The notes beneath the pieces were generated by a model. The model made no database searches. It was not told where the DNA came from and saw nothing but the letters and a program-made list of their open reading frames with translations. 64,000 nucleotides of DNA from Candidatus Eiseniibacteriota bacterium (GTDB taxonomy: Bacteria > Eisenbacteria > RBG-16-71-46 > CAIMUX01 > VGJL01), in the NCBI GenBank assembly GCA_963792585.1, contig CAWBWI010000001.1, positions 1,376,001 to 1,440,000 on the forward strand, given 5' to 3'. Below are positions 30,974-39,777 of the stretch, one piece after another; position 1 is the first letter of the stretch, and every line of letters begins with the position of its first letter. The translations under genes and the position numbers were made by a program.

Positions 30974-31731
30974 GACGTCTCCTCGTCGCCGCCGGCCAGG
31001 TGCCGGAAGAAGTCGCTGCGCGTCACCAGGCCGACGGTCCTGCTGTATTCGTCGACGACGATCGCCAGGTGACCGCGCTGGGCCCGGAAGAGCTCGAGCA
31101 GCGCAGCCGCCGTCGCGTCCCGTGAGATGAAGAAGGCACGCCGCATCAGACTCCGCAGCGGAGCGGCCGGGCGTCCCCCGAGCGCCGTGGGCACGAGGTC
31201 CTTTGCGTGCACGACGCCGACGATCCGATCGAGGCTCCCGTCGACCATCGGGATTCGGAGAAAACCGCTCTGGCGGATCTTCGTCAGCGCTCCGGCGAGT
31301 CCATCGGCGCAATCGGCGTACACGATCCTGTCCTTCGCGGTGGCGATTTCCCCCACCCGAAGCCGCGAGATCGCCAGCAGTCGGTCGAGGAACAGCCGCG
31401 CCTGCGGCTCGAGCAGTTCTTCGTTCGCAAGGCTCTCCGCCTCCTCCGCCGGCATTTCGACCGCCGGGCCCAGCGTCCCCACGCCCGTGCGACGGTTCCG
31501 GAGCGCCACGATCCAGAAGGGTCCTGTCCAGCAGAGCCCGAAGACAACGAACGCCAGCCGCTCCCACCCCCCTTCGCCGTGCACCAGCAGCCAGCCGGCC
31601 AAGGTGAACCCCGCCATGGACACCAGGTGGAGCGCGCCCCGGGTGTAGGAGGCGCGGCGATCGCTTCCGAGCACCAGGAGAATCGCGGGGGCGAGCAGGA
31701 TCGCGAGGGCGAGGAGTGCAGGTGCGATCAT
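30970..31731 (-). CDS. Membrane protein with a CBS domain pair
   Basis: About 3 TM helices, then SGFLRIP, VGVVHAKDL, HLAIVVDEY..TVGLVT. Confidence 0.8.
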   Translation of the reverse strand: MIAPALLALAILLAPAILLVLGSDRRASYTRGALHLVSMAGFTLAGWLLVHGEGGWERLAFVVFGLCWTGPFWIVALRNRRTGVGTLGPAVEMPAEEAESLANEELLEPQARLFLDRLLAISRLRVGEIATAKDRIVYADCADGLAGALTKIRQSGFLRIPMVDGSLDRIVGVVHAKDLVPTALGGRPAAPLRSLMRRAFFISRDATAAALLELFRAQRGHLAIVVDEYSRTVGLVTRSDFFRHLAGGDEETS

Positions 31732-32204
31732 GCCTCGTCGACCACTCGAAGACCTCGGCGCCGGCACCATGCCTGATGACGACGCTCCCGAGGCCGCATC
31801 CGCGCAATCTGACGTGCGGTCGCATGATCGTAGCCAAGGACGTGGAGCGTGCCGTGGATCAGCATCCGGGCGATCTCGTCGCTCAGGGTCATCCGGCGTT
31901 CGCGCGCCGCGCGCGCGCACACCGGCACGCAGATGACGATTTCTCCAACGGGTACTGCGGAGGCGGGAAGCCCGGGCGGCGGCGCGCCGAGGGGAAAGGA
32001 CAGAACGTCGGTCGGCGCATCCTCCTCCATCCAGACGCGATTCAGGCGGCGGATCGTGCGTTCGCCGACGAGGACCACGTTGACCCCTCGCGGTTCTCCT
32101 TCCGCATCCAGGATCCGGTTGAGGAGGAGGCGGATCTCAGCCCTATGGGGCCGTGCCCCTCGTTGTCGATTCGCGATCCCGAGCGGTCGGGCTTCGTTTC
32201 GCAT
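31728..32204 (-). CDS. ybeY: rRNA maturation endoribonuclease YbeY
   Basis: PTDVLSFP, GEIVIC, HGTLHVLGYDH. Confidence 0.93.
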   Translation of the reverse strand: MRNEARPLGIANRQRGARPHRAEIRLLLNRILDAEGEPRGVNVVLVGERTIRRLNRVWMEEDAPTDVLSFPLGAPPPGLPASAVPVGEIVICVPVCARAARERRMTLSDEIARMLIHGTLHVLGYDHATARQIARMRPRERRHQAWCRRRGLRVVDEA

Positions 32205-34357
32205 CGTCCTCCGGTCCCTGGTAAGCGGTTCGAGCGTGGAAGAAGGCGGCGAGGACCGGAACGAGAGCGTCCCGGATCCGGGCCAGATCGCTGAGCGTCA
32301 GCTCGCTGTCGTCCAGATCACCGTCCGCCAGGCGTGTTTCGAGGACCTTCACCACGACTCCCTTGATCCGGCTGGGAGTCGGCTCCTCCAGAGCCCGGGA
32401 CGCGGCATCGACCTGGTCGGCGATCATCACCAGGGCGGCCTCCCGGAATTGCGGTCTCGGTCCCGGATACCTGTACTCCTCCTCCCGGGCACCGGTGTCC
32501 TGGCGCCGCGCCTTGTGCCAGAAGAAGGCCATCAGCGAGTTCCCATGATGCTGCCGGATTCCTTCCACCACGATGTGCGGCAGCTTCTCCCGCGCGGCGA
32601 GCGCCACCCCCTCACGCACGTGGGATTCCAGGATCAACCGACTCATCGAGGGCGATAGCTTGTCGTGGGGGTTCCGCCGACCCGCCGAGATGTTCTCGAT
32701 GAAGTAGCCGGGCTTCGCGACCTTCCCGATGTCGTGGTAGTAACCGATCACGCGCGAAAGGAGCGGGTTGCCTCCCCCGACACGCGCGGCGGTCTCCGCG
32801 AGCGTGCCGACCATGAGAGCATGGTGGTAGGTTCCCGGCGCCTCGACCATCAACCGGCGCAGGAGCGGGCGGTTCAGGTCCGACAATTCGAGCAGGGTGA
32901 TGTCGGAGCACTTCCGGAAGAGATGCTCCGCGAGCGGAATCACGAAGATCGCCAACCCTGCGGTCAGGATCGGGTTCGCGGCCGCAGCGACAGCGTCGCG
33001 CAGCAGATCGTGCGGCGCCTGAGAATGAGCCAAAGCGAGGGCTACGAGCGTGACCAGGTGCGCCGCCGGGACGTAGAGCACCAGCCGATAGAACTTCCCG
33101 CCGGTGCCGCAATCCGCGAACGCAGAAGATCGCGGTCACCGTGCCCACCCCGAGGACAGCCATGGTCGGCGCCCCCATTTCGGCGATCAGGCCGATCAAG
33201 CCCGTCAAAGCGAGTCCTACGACCAGGGCAAGGCGCTGATCGAAGAGCATCGCCACAAGGATCGGCGCCGCCGCCACAGGGGCCATCAGGGGAGGCAGAT
33301 CGAGGACGTGGAGGAAGAGACCGGATAGACCCATCACCGCCGCGCAGGTGTAGGAGAGGAGGGCCAGATCCCCGAGCCGCGTATAGATCTCCGGGCGCAG
33401 GAATTTCAAGTAGAAGGCGAAAGCGCCGACGGCGATGAGGAGCAGCAGCAGGCGCCCCACCCAACCACCAAGTTGCACCCACGGGGTGCCGATCTCGCGT
33501 TGCGCCCTCCAGTGGTCGTAGCTATTGAGCTTGCTCAGGAGTTCCGGAGTGATCCGCTCGCCCGCCACGACGATCCGCTCGCCCTGCTGAACGCGAAGGG
33601 CGATCGGGTCGACCCCCTCTCGCGCCGACTGTCGCAGATCCTCCGTGCCCTCGGCGTCGAAGAGGAGGTTCGGATGCGCAAACCGCGCAACGAGCTCCTC
33701 GAGCGGCGCCGGCTCGAGTCCTCGCGCGAGGGCCCGATTACGGGCGAGCTCACGCAGGCGCGAGGGCGTCTGCACCTGATCCCCGCTGAGACGACGGACG
33801 CCCTGAGCGTCCCGGACCTGGACTTCCGACCCGTCGCGGAGCATCGGTTCGATGCGTTCCTCGACGAGTCCGCGATCAAGCGCGTCCTGCAGCAGAGACT
33901 CGGCTTGGTCGAAGGTCGGTTGCGGGTCCTTTGCGAGCATGAGCCAGACAAGGAGGGTCTCGTTGAGTTTCACTTCCGGATCGAGCGCCTTGTGGCGCGT
34001 GCCGCTGCGCACCCGTCCGACCATCGAGCGGAAGTCGCCGAACTCCGCGAAACTGCGCTCGGAAATCGAGTCGGCGAGATTGACCGCAATCGGGCTTCCG
34101 GAAGCCGACGCGGCCCGCTCCTGCTCGAGGGAGCTCGGATCCTTCAAGACTGGGAATTCGAAGTCGGCGATCACCGTCCGCGGCGCCCGCTCTCCCAGGC
34201 GGAGCTTGAGCGCACCGCGACCGAATTGCGGAGGGAAGAGGGCGATTCCCGCCAGCAGCAGCGGCAGGAGCACGACCGCCCGCGCCAAGAAGGGGCGGCG
34301 GAGAATCGAGGCGCGCGTCCTCATCAGGAACGCGGGCCCGCCGACGCCGGGCTCCAT
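32143..34357 (-). CDS. 7TM-HDIG phosphohydrolase (PgpH-like), frameshift at about 33090
   Basis: 7TMR-HD extracellular domain, 7TM region, LLELSDLNRPLL, EAPGTYHH, YYHDIGK, QHHG, YRYPGPRPQ. Confidence 0.9.
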
Positions 34358-35340
34358 TACTTCTCCCCTTCGCGGGGCTGCTTGGTGTTGTGACGGTCGA
34401 AGGCGAGGATGATCTCCTTCACGAGCTGGTGCCGCACCACGTCCCGCTCCGTGAAGTACACGAAGCGGACCGATCCGATCCCCTGGAGGATCGGTTGGAT
34501 CTTCACGAGTCCCGATGCGTGCGGATCGGGCAGGTCAATCTGGGTCACGTCCCCGGTGATCGCCGCCTTCGACTCGGGACCGAGTCGCGTGAGGAACATC
34601 TTCATCTGCCCGAGCGTCGTGTTCTGGGCCTCGTCGAGGATCACGAAGGAGCGTGCAAGCGTGCGTCCCCGCATGTAAGCCAGGGGGGCGATCTCGACCA
34701 CCCCGAGCTGGATCAGGCGCTGCAGCTTCTCATAGTTGATCATGTCGTGAAGCGCGTCGTAGAGAGGACGAAGATACGGATCGACCTTCTCCTGGAGATC
34801 CCCGGGAAGGAAACCGAGGCTCTCGCCCGCCTCGACGGCCGGTCGCGCGAGCACGATCCTGTCGACCGCCTTATCCCGGAGCATCCGAACCGCCATCGCA
34901 ACTGCAAGATAGGTCTTGCCCGTTCCCGCGGGGCCGACACCGAAGACGATGTCGTTCGACCACATGGCGTCGACGTAGGCCGCCTGTCCGACGGTTCGCA
35001 CCCGAACGACCTTCTTGTCGCCGAAGAGAACGACGGCCGCTTCCGCGGTCGAGGCCAGCTCCGCTTCACCGCCGCCCTCGTCGAGTACCGAAAAGACGTA
35101 CGCCAGGTCCTCGTCGCCGATGATGTGCCCGGTGCGCACACGTTCGATCAGGAGTCGAATGACCTCCGTCGCCCGGGCGACGGCCGCGGCCTCCCCGCGG
35201 ATGTGCAGCGAGCCGTTGCGCATGAATGTGCCCACGCTGAAGCGATGCTCCAGGGCTCGGAGGTTGGAGTCCGCCTGTCCGAAGAGGTGGAGAGGGTCGC
35301 ACCCTTCGAGCGAGAGGCTCTGCTGCGATTCTTCCTGCAT
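34357..35340 (-). CDS. phoH: PhoH family ATPase
   Basis: GPAGTGKTYLA, RPAVEAGE.LGFLPG, MRGRTL, LDEAQN, GDVTQIDLP, DVVRH. Confidence 0.95.
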   Translation of the reverse strand: MQEESQQSLSLEGCDPLHLFGQADSNLRALEHRFSVGTFMRNGSLHIRGEAAAVARATEVIRLLIERVRTGHIIGDEDLAYVFSVLDEGGGEAELASTAEAAVVLFGDKKVVRVRTVGQAAYVDAMWSNDIVFGVGPAGTGKTYLAVAMAVRMLRDKAVDRIVLARPAVEAGESLGFLPGDLQEKVDPYLRPLYDALHDMINYEKLQRLIQLGVVEIAPLAYMRGRTLARSFVILDEAQNTTLGQMKMFLTRLGPESKAAITGDVTQIDLPDPHASGLVKIQPILQGIGSVRFVYFTERDVVRHQLVKEIILAFDRHNTKQPREGEK

Positions 35341-35344
35341 CCGC

Positions 35345-35845
35345 CTACTTCGCCGGGATCGTCAGACGTATCCCCGGCTTCAGCGGGTCGGTGAACTTAC
35401 CAATCGCCGCCTTGTTGGCCTCGTAGATGTCCTTGGCCCGATTCGGAGTCGAGAAGACCGACTCGCTGATCTTCTGGAGGGAATCTCCGGCCTTTACGAC
35501 ATAGCTCGTCGTGGAGCGACGGGCGAGGCGCAGCTGGCGCATCTCGTTGTCCAGATCGCGGATCTGCGTCGTTAGCGCCACGTTCTCCTGCCTGAGGGCT
35601 TCGGCGGCCGTCGCGATCGAATCAGCGCTCGCGTTGTATCGCGCCGTCTCGGCCCGCAGGGCCTCGATCTCGCCCTTCGAGGGAGTTGCAGTACCGATCG
35701 CGATCGGCGCCCGAGAGCCCCTTGATCTCGTCATTGGTGTAGTAGTCGCCCTTCGTGACATCCGCCACCCGTCTCGGTATGGGGGTGCGCTCGCGCACCC
35801 GACGGCCAGAACGATCGGAAGAAGGATCCATGCGCCCCTCATCAT
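35345..35845 (-). CDS. LysM-domain lipoprotein with a coiled coil (probable compensating frameshifts at about 35680-35770)
   Basis: LAVG-C lipobox and C-terminal YVVKAGDSLQKIS...IYEAN...LKPGIRLTIP. An alternative frame gives DVTKGDYYTNDEIKGL in the middle. Confidence 0.8.
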   Translation of the reverse strand: MMRGAWILLPIVLAVGCASAPPYRDGWRMSRRATTTPMTRSRGSRAPIAIGTATPSKGEIEALRAETARYNASADSIATAAEALRQENVALTTQIRDLDNEMRQLRLARRSTTSYVVKAGDSLQKISESVFSTPNRAKDIYEANKAAIGKFTDPLKPGIRLTIPAK

Positions 35846-36124
35846 TGCTTCGCGTTCTCCTCGGCCGGAGTCCCACCGACTTCCTTCTTCAACTGGTCGC
35901 GCTCCTCGGTCAACCGAGCGAGCCGCGTCTTGTTCTGCTCGAGGTTGAGCTTGAACCGATTATAGTCCGTCCTCTCCGCCTCGACATTGCCGCGCGCGGC
36001 GTCGCGCACGTCCGACGCCAGCTCGATCTGCGCAGGGATCATCATGCACGGCTTCGTGCCCGCCGCGCACCCGGCCAAACCGAGGAGTGTCAGGGCCGCG
36101 ACCCAACCCACGTTGCATCTTCAT
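35842..36124 (-). CDS. Small coiled-coil lipoprotein
   Basis: LLGLAG-C lipobox and a heptad-rich C-terminus. The RBS-backed ATG at 36124 is out of frame, suggesting an indel. The in-frame GTG is at 36111. Confidence 0.6.
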
Positions 36125-36167
36125 GCGTATCCTCCCAACGGCCATACGGCCGGTGCAACAGCCGATA

Positions 36168-36926
36168 CTATCCGAAGCGAACCTCGGTGACCACATAGGT
36201 GCCGCCCGAGCGCTGATCGCGCGTGATCTGGACGAGCCCGCCTGCGCCGCCTCCTCGAGCAGCTCGCTGAACGACCGGAACCCGTAGGCGCTCTCGCTGA
36301 AGGTCGGCTTCTTGCGCTTGATCGTGTCCTTGATCATCGAGGACTCCAGAGGACTTCCTTGTTCTCGCGCAGGAGCGCCCCGATCGCGTCGAGGAGGAGG
36401 TTGAAGGCCTCCTGCTTCTTCGACGGGAGCACCGCCCCCGTGGACGGCCTTCGCGGTCGTCCGGATCAAGTCCTCGTAGTAGAGGAACTCGTCGCAGTTG
36501 TCGGCCAGCAGATCGCTCGTCGCCTCGCGAAGCCCGAGCCCGATGACCTGCTTGTTGTTCTCCTTGAGCTTGGACACGAGCGGTGAGAAGTCGCTGTCGC
36601 CCGAGACGACGACGAAGGTGTCGAGGTGCTCCTTCGTGTAGCAGAGATCCAGCGCATCGACGACGAGCCGGATGTCCGCCGAGTTCTTCCCCGTCTGCTG
36701 GCGCGTGGGGATCTCGATCAGCTCGATCGCCGCCTCGTGCAGGTCTCCGCCGGTATTCCGAGTAGCGCGTCCAGTCGGCATACGCCCTCTTGACGATGAT
36801 CCGGCCCTTCTCGAGGAGCCGCTCCAGGATCAGTTGAACGTCGAAGGTCTTCGCCTTCTTCCCCCTTAGACCGAGGGCGATGTTCTCGAAGTCGATGAAC
36901 AGCGCGATCCGCGCTTCTTCCTGCAT
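36168..36926 (-). CDS. NYN-domain protein with C-terminal OST-HTH/LOTUS, frameshifted
   Basis: IALFIDFENI, KRAYADW, GKNSADIRLVVDA, VSGDSDFSPL, then IKRKKPTFSESAYGFRSFSELLE. Confidence 0.87.
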   Translation of the reverse strand: MQEEARIALFIDFENIALGLRGKKAKTFDVQLILERLLEKGRIIVKRAYADWTRYSEYRRRPARGGDRADRDPHAPADGEELGGHPARRRCAGSLLHEGAPRHLRRRLGRQRLLTARVQAQGEQQAGHRARASRGDERSAGRQLRRVPLLRGLDPDDREGRPRGRCSRRRSRRPSTSSSTRSGRSCARTRKSSGVLDDQGHDQAQEADLQRERLRVPVVQRAARGGGAGGLVQITRDQRSGGTYVVTEVRFG

Positions 36927-36957
36927 TTCCTCTGCCTCTCGGCCGGATCTTCCTGCT

Positions 36958-38758
36958 TCAGGACGAGGGTCCCGAACCTTCCGCGATCCGGATGTGTAGG
37001 TCCCGTGAGGTCGGCCGGGTCCACCGGCGCGGGGGCGCCGTCCATCAGGCACATTGCGCTCGTCGTCTTCGGGAAGGCGATCGTGTCACGCATCGACGTG
37101 CGTCCTGCCATCAGCATGATGACGCGGTCGAGTCCGATCGCGATCCCTCCGTGTGGCGGTGCGCCGTACTGGAACGCCCGCAGGAGGAAGCCGAAGCGAC
37201 GCTCCGCCTCCTCCGCGCTGATCCCGGCGACCTCCATGACAGCCTCTTGAATGTCCCGACGGTGGATCCGGATGCTGCCGCTCGCAAGTTCGTACCCATT
37301 GAGCACGAGGTCGTAGAGCCGCGCGTGGACCGACAATGGATCGGTCTTGAGCTGCGGCAAGTCTTCCTCGAGCGGCATCGTGAACATGTGATGGCAGGGG
37401 ACGAGCCTGCCCGTCGAATCGTCCTTCTCGAAGAGCGGGAAGCGGTTGACCCAGAGGAACCGCCACTCCCGGCGTTGCCTCATCGGTGAGCCGCGACGCG
37501 CCGACCTTGGATGCGGAGGGCGCCGAGGGCCCGATTGGCGGTCAACCTCTTGTCCGCGACGATCGCCGATCAGATCGCCGTCGACCGCCCCGCTCGCCGC
37601 GACCAGGCGGGCCGCCGTCTCCGCGTCGAGGAACTTCGCAAATCCCCCGTCGAGCGCGCCGGCGGCCACGCGCGCCCGCGCAAGCCCCTTCGCGCCGAAC
37701 GGTTTGACGACCTCCTCGAGCTCGTCCTGCTCCTTGCGCGAGAGACTCCCCCCACCGGGAATCACGAATCCCTTGACGCATCCTCCCGACGCAAGGGCGT
37801 CGCGGAAGACCCGGAACTCGCACGTTGCGACCGCGTCGGAGAGGTCGACGATCGGCATCTCGAATCGAAGGTCCGGCTTGTCGGTCCCGTAGCGATCCAT
37901 CGCCTCCTCATAGGCAAGGCGCGGGAAGGACTCGCGGAAGGGTCACGCCGAGACAGCGCTCATAGAGACGCGCCATCAGCCCCTCGACGAGGGTGAAGAT
38001 CTGGTCCTCGTCCGTGAAGCTCATCTCGATGTCGATCTGCGTGTGCTCCGGCTGCCGATCAGCCCGCAGATCCTCGTCTCGAAGGCAGCGCGCGAGTTGA
38101 AAGTATCGGTCCGCGCCCGCGACCATCAGGATCTGCTTGTAGAGCTGCGGCGACTGCGGAAGGGCATAGAAGCTACCCGGATGGACACGACTCGGAACGA
38201 GGTAGTCGCGCGCCCCTTCGGGCGTTGGACGCACCAGCATGGGGGTCTCGATCTCCCAGAACCCATGCTCGTCCAGGTACTCCCGGGTCGTGAGCGCCAC
38301 GCGGTGGCGCAGGCCGAGGATCGACTGGAGGGAGTGCGAGCGCAGGTCGAGATACCGATACTCGAGGCGGAGATCCTCGCCGGCCCCGATCGTGTCGCCG
38401 ATGACGAATGGGGTCGTCTCGGCGACGTTCAGAATCTTCATCTCGGATGCGGCGACCTCGATTTCGCCCGTCGCGAGGTTCGGATTTGCCTCGAGCCGCC
38501 CGACGACCGACCCCTTGACCGCGATCACGTACTCGGAGCCGAGGGAACGCGCCTTCTCCGTCAGGTCGGAAGAGCCTTGATCGGGACGGCATACGATCTG
38601 GGTCAGCCCCCCGCGATCTCGCAGGTCGAGGAAGAAGACCCCGCCGTGATCGCGAACGCGATGCACCCATCCCGTCAAAAGGACCGCCTTGCCTGCGTCC
38701 GCGGAACGCAACTCTCCGCAGGTGTGCGTCCTCTTCCAACCGCCGAGACGATCTCCAT
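36958..38758 (-). CDS. aspS: Aspartate--tRNA ligase, several frameshifts
   Basis: KRTHTCGELR, GWVHRVRDHGG, TPEGARDYLVPSR, LPQSPQLYKQ, RDEDLRADRQPE, YGTDKPDLR, GAPPHGGIAIGLDR, FPKT. Confidence 0.95.
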
Positions 38759-38760
38759 CG

Positions 38761-39135
38761 TCAGTCCCCCGTCCGTTTCGCGCGGGATCGCACCCGCGTC
38801 GACCATCGTGTCAGGATCGGTGCGAGAGCGGATCCGATCCCAGCGCCGAACAGATCCGCCGTCCAGTCGTAGAAACTCGAAAAGCGTCCCGGCACCAATG
38901 ACTGATAGAACTCATCCAGCGCGGCCACCGCGGCCGCCGCCGTCAGGGCGGCCGCCCAACCCGACGTTCCGGGCCGGCCGAACGCCCGGCGAAGCAGCCC
39001 GCCGAGCACCGCGTATTCCAACAGGTGCCACGCCTTGTCCGACCCAACCCACCCCCCCGGCGAACGAAGGTTCGGAATCGAGGAAGCGACCAGGATCAGA
39101 ACAATATAGACCGCGACGGGGATCCATCGAAGCAA
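38761..39135 (-). CDS. VanZ family membrane protein
   Basis: SDKAWHLLEY, DEFYQSLVPGR, DWTADL. Confidence 0.85.
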   Translation of the reverse strand: MLRWIPVAVYIVLILVASSIPNLRSPGGWVGSDKAWHLLEYAVLGGLLRRAFGRPGTSGWAAALTAAAAVAALDEFYQSLVPGRFSSFYDWTADLFGAGIGSALAPILTRWSTRVRSRAKRTGD

Positions 39136-39185
39136 CCGATCGCCGCCCGGTCGACCGGACTCTACCCCGGAAGGTGCGCGGGGGT

Positions 39186-39651
39186 TCAGATGCGCAGCTT
39201 CTCCTCCTCCTGCCGGATGATCGACACGACCTCCTCGGGCGTCTCGGCAGCGAGCAGGCCTTGCTGCAGATCGCCGGCATAGAGCAGGCGTGAGATCCTC
39301 GCCAGGATCCGAATGAAGCCGCCCCTTTCCTCGGGCCCCACGATCATGAAGACCAGCCGCACCGGTTTGGCGTCGAGGGCGTCGAACGGCAGATCTTCGC
39401 TGACGCGAACGAAGCTCACGGCCAGGGCGCGCGCGCCGGAGGTTTGCGCGTGCGGAATGGCCACGCCCCCGCCGATGCCCGTGCTCATGACCCGCTCGCG
39501 TTCAAGAAGGGACTGGGTCACCGCGTCGGGATCGGTCAGAACCCCGTCAGCGCCGAGGAATCCAACCATCTGCCGGATCAGATCCTCCTTCGAGGTCGAC
39601 CGGCAGATCCAGTCGGATCGAGTTCACTTGCAGGAGTTGCGACAGGCTCAT
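39186..39651 (-). CDS. PTS IIA (fructose/nitrogen-type) component, 5' frameshift
   Basis: RERVMSTGIGGGVAIPHA (phospho-His), FDALDAKPV. ATG MSLSQLL at 39651 is in another frame. Confidence 0.85.
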
Positions 39652-39733
39652 GATGGTCGGACTCGAGGGGCCCTCCGGGCTGCGTCGGAACGGTCCGGGA
39701 GCCCTGTGGGCCCCGGATGGAAAACCGCGTCGG

Positions 39734-39761
39734 ACGGTAGCACCGGTTTGGGTTGTGTCAA
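39734..39761 (-). promoter_or_regulatory. Possible sigma70 promoter for the PTS IIA-vanZ-aspS-phoH operon
   Basis: Minus strand TTGACA-N16-TACCGT with a TGn extension. Confidence 0.45.
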
Positions 39762-39777
39762 GGTCGATCTCGGCGCT

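Noticed and set aside
36168..36926. NYN protein as a toxin-antitoxin or defence module
   Set aside because: It has the common standalone NYN + OST-HTH architecture in a housekeeping operon, with no antitoxin or defence neighbours.
36958..38758. aspS, ugd, pyrF and clpB as pseudogenes or programmed frameshifts
   Set aside because: These are essential or conserved genes with intact motifs, multiple scattered indels and no consistent slippery sites.
39186..39651. PTS IIA as part of the sigma54 regulator module (ptsN-like)
   Set aside because: It has its own sigma70-like promoter motif and heads the vanZ-aspS operon. No rpoN, hpf or rapZ is present in the window.
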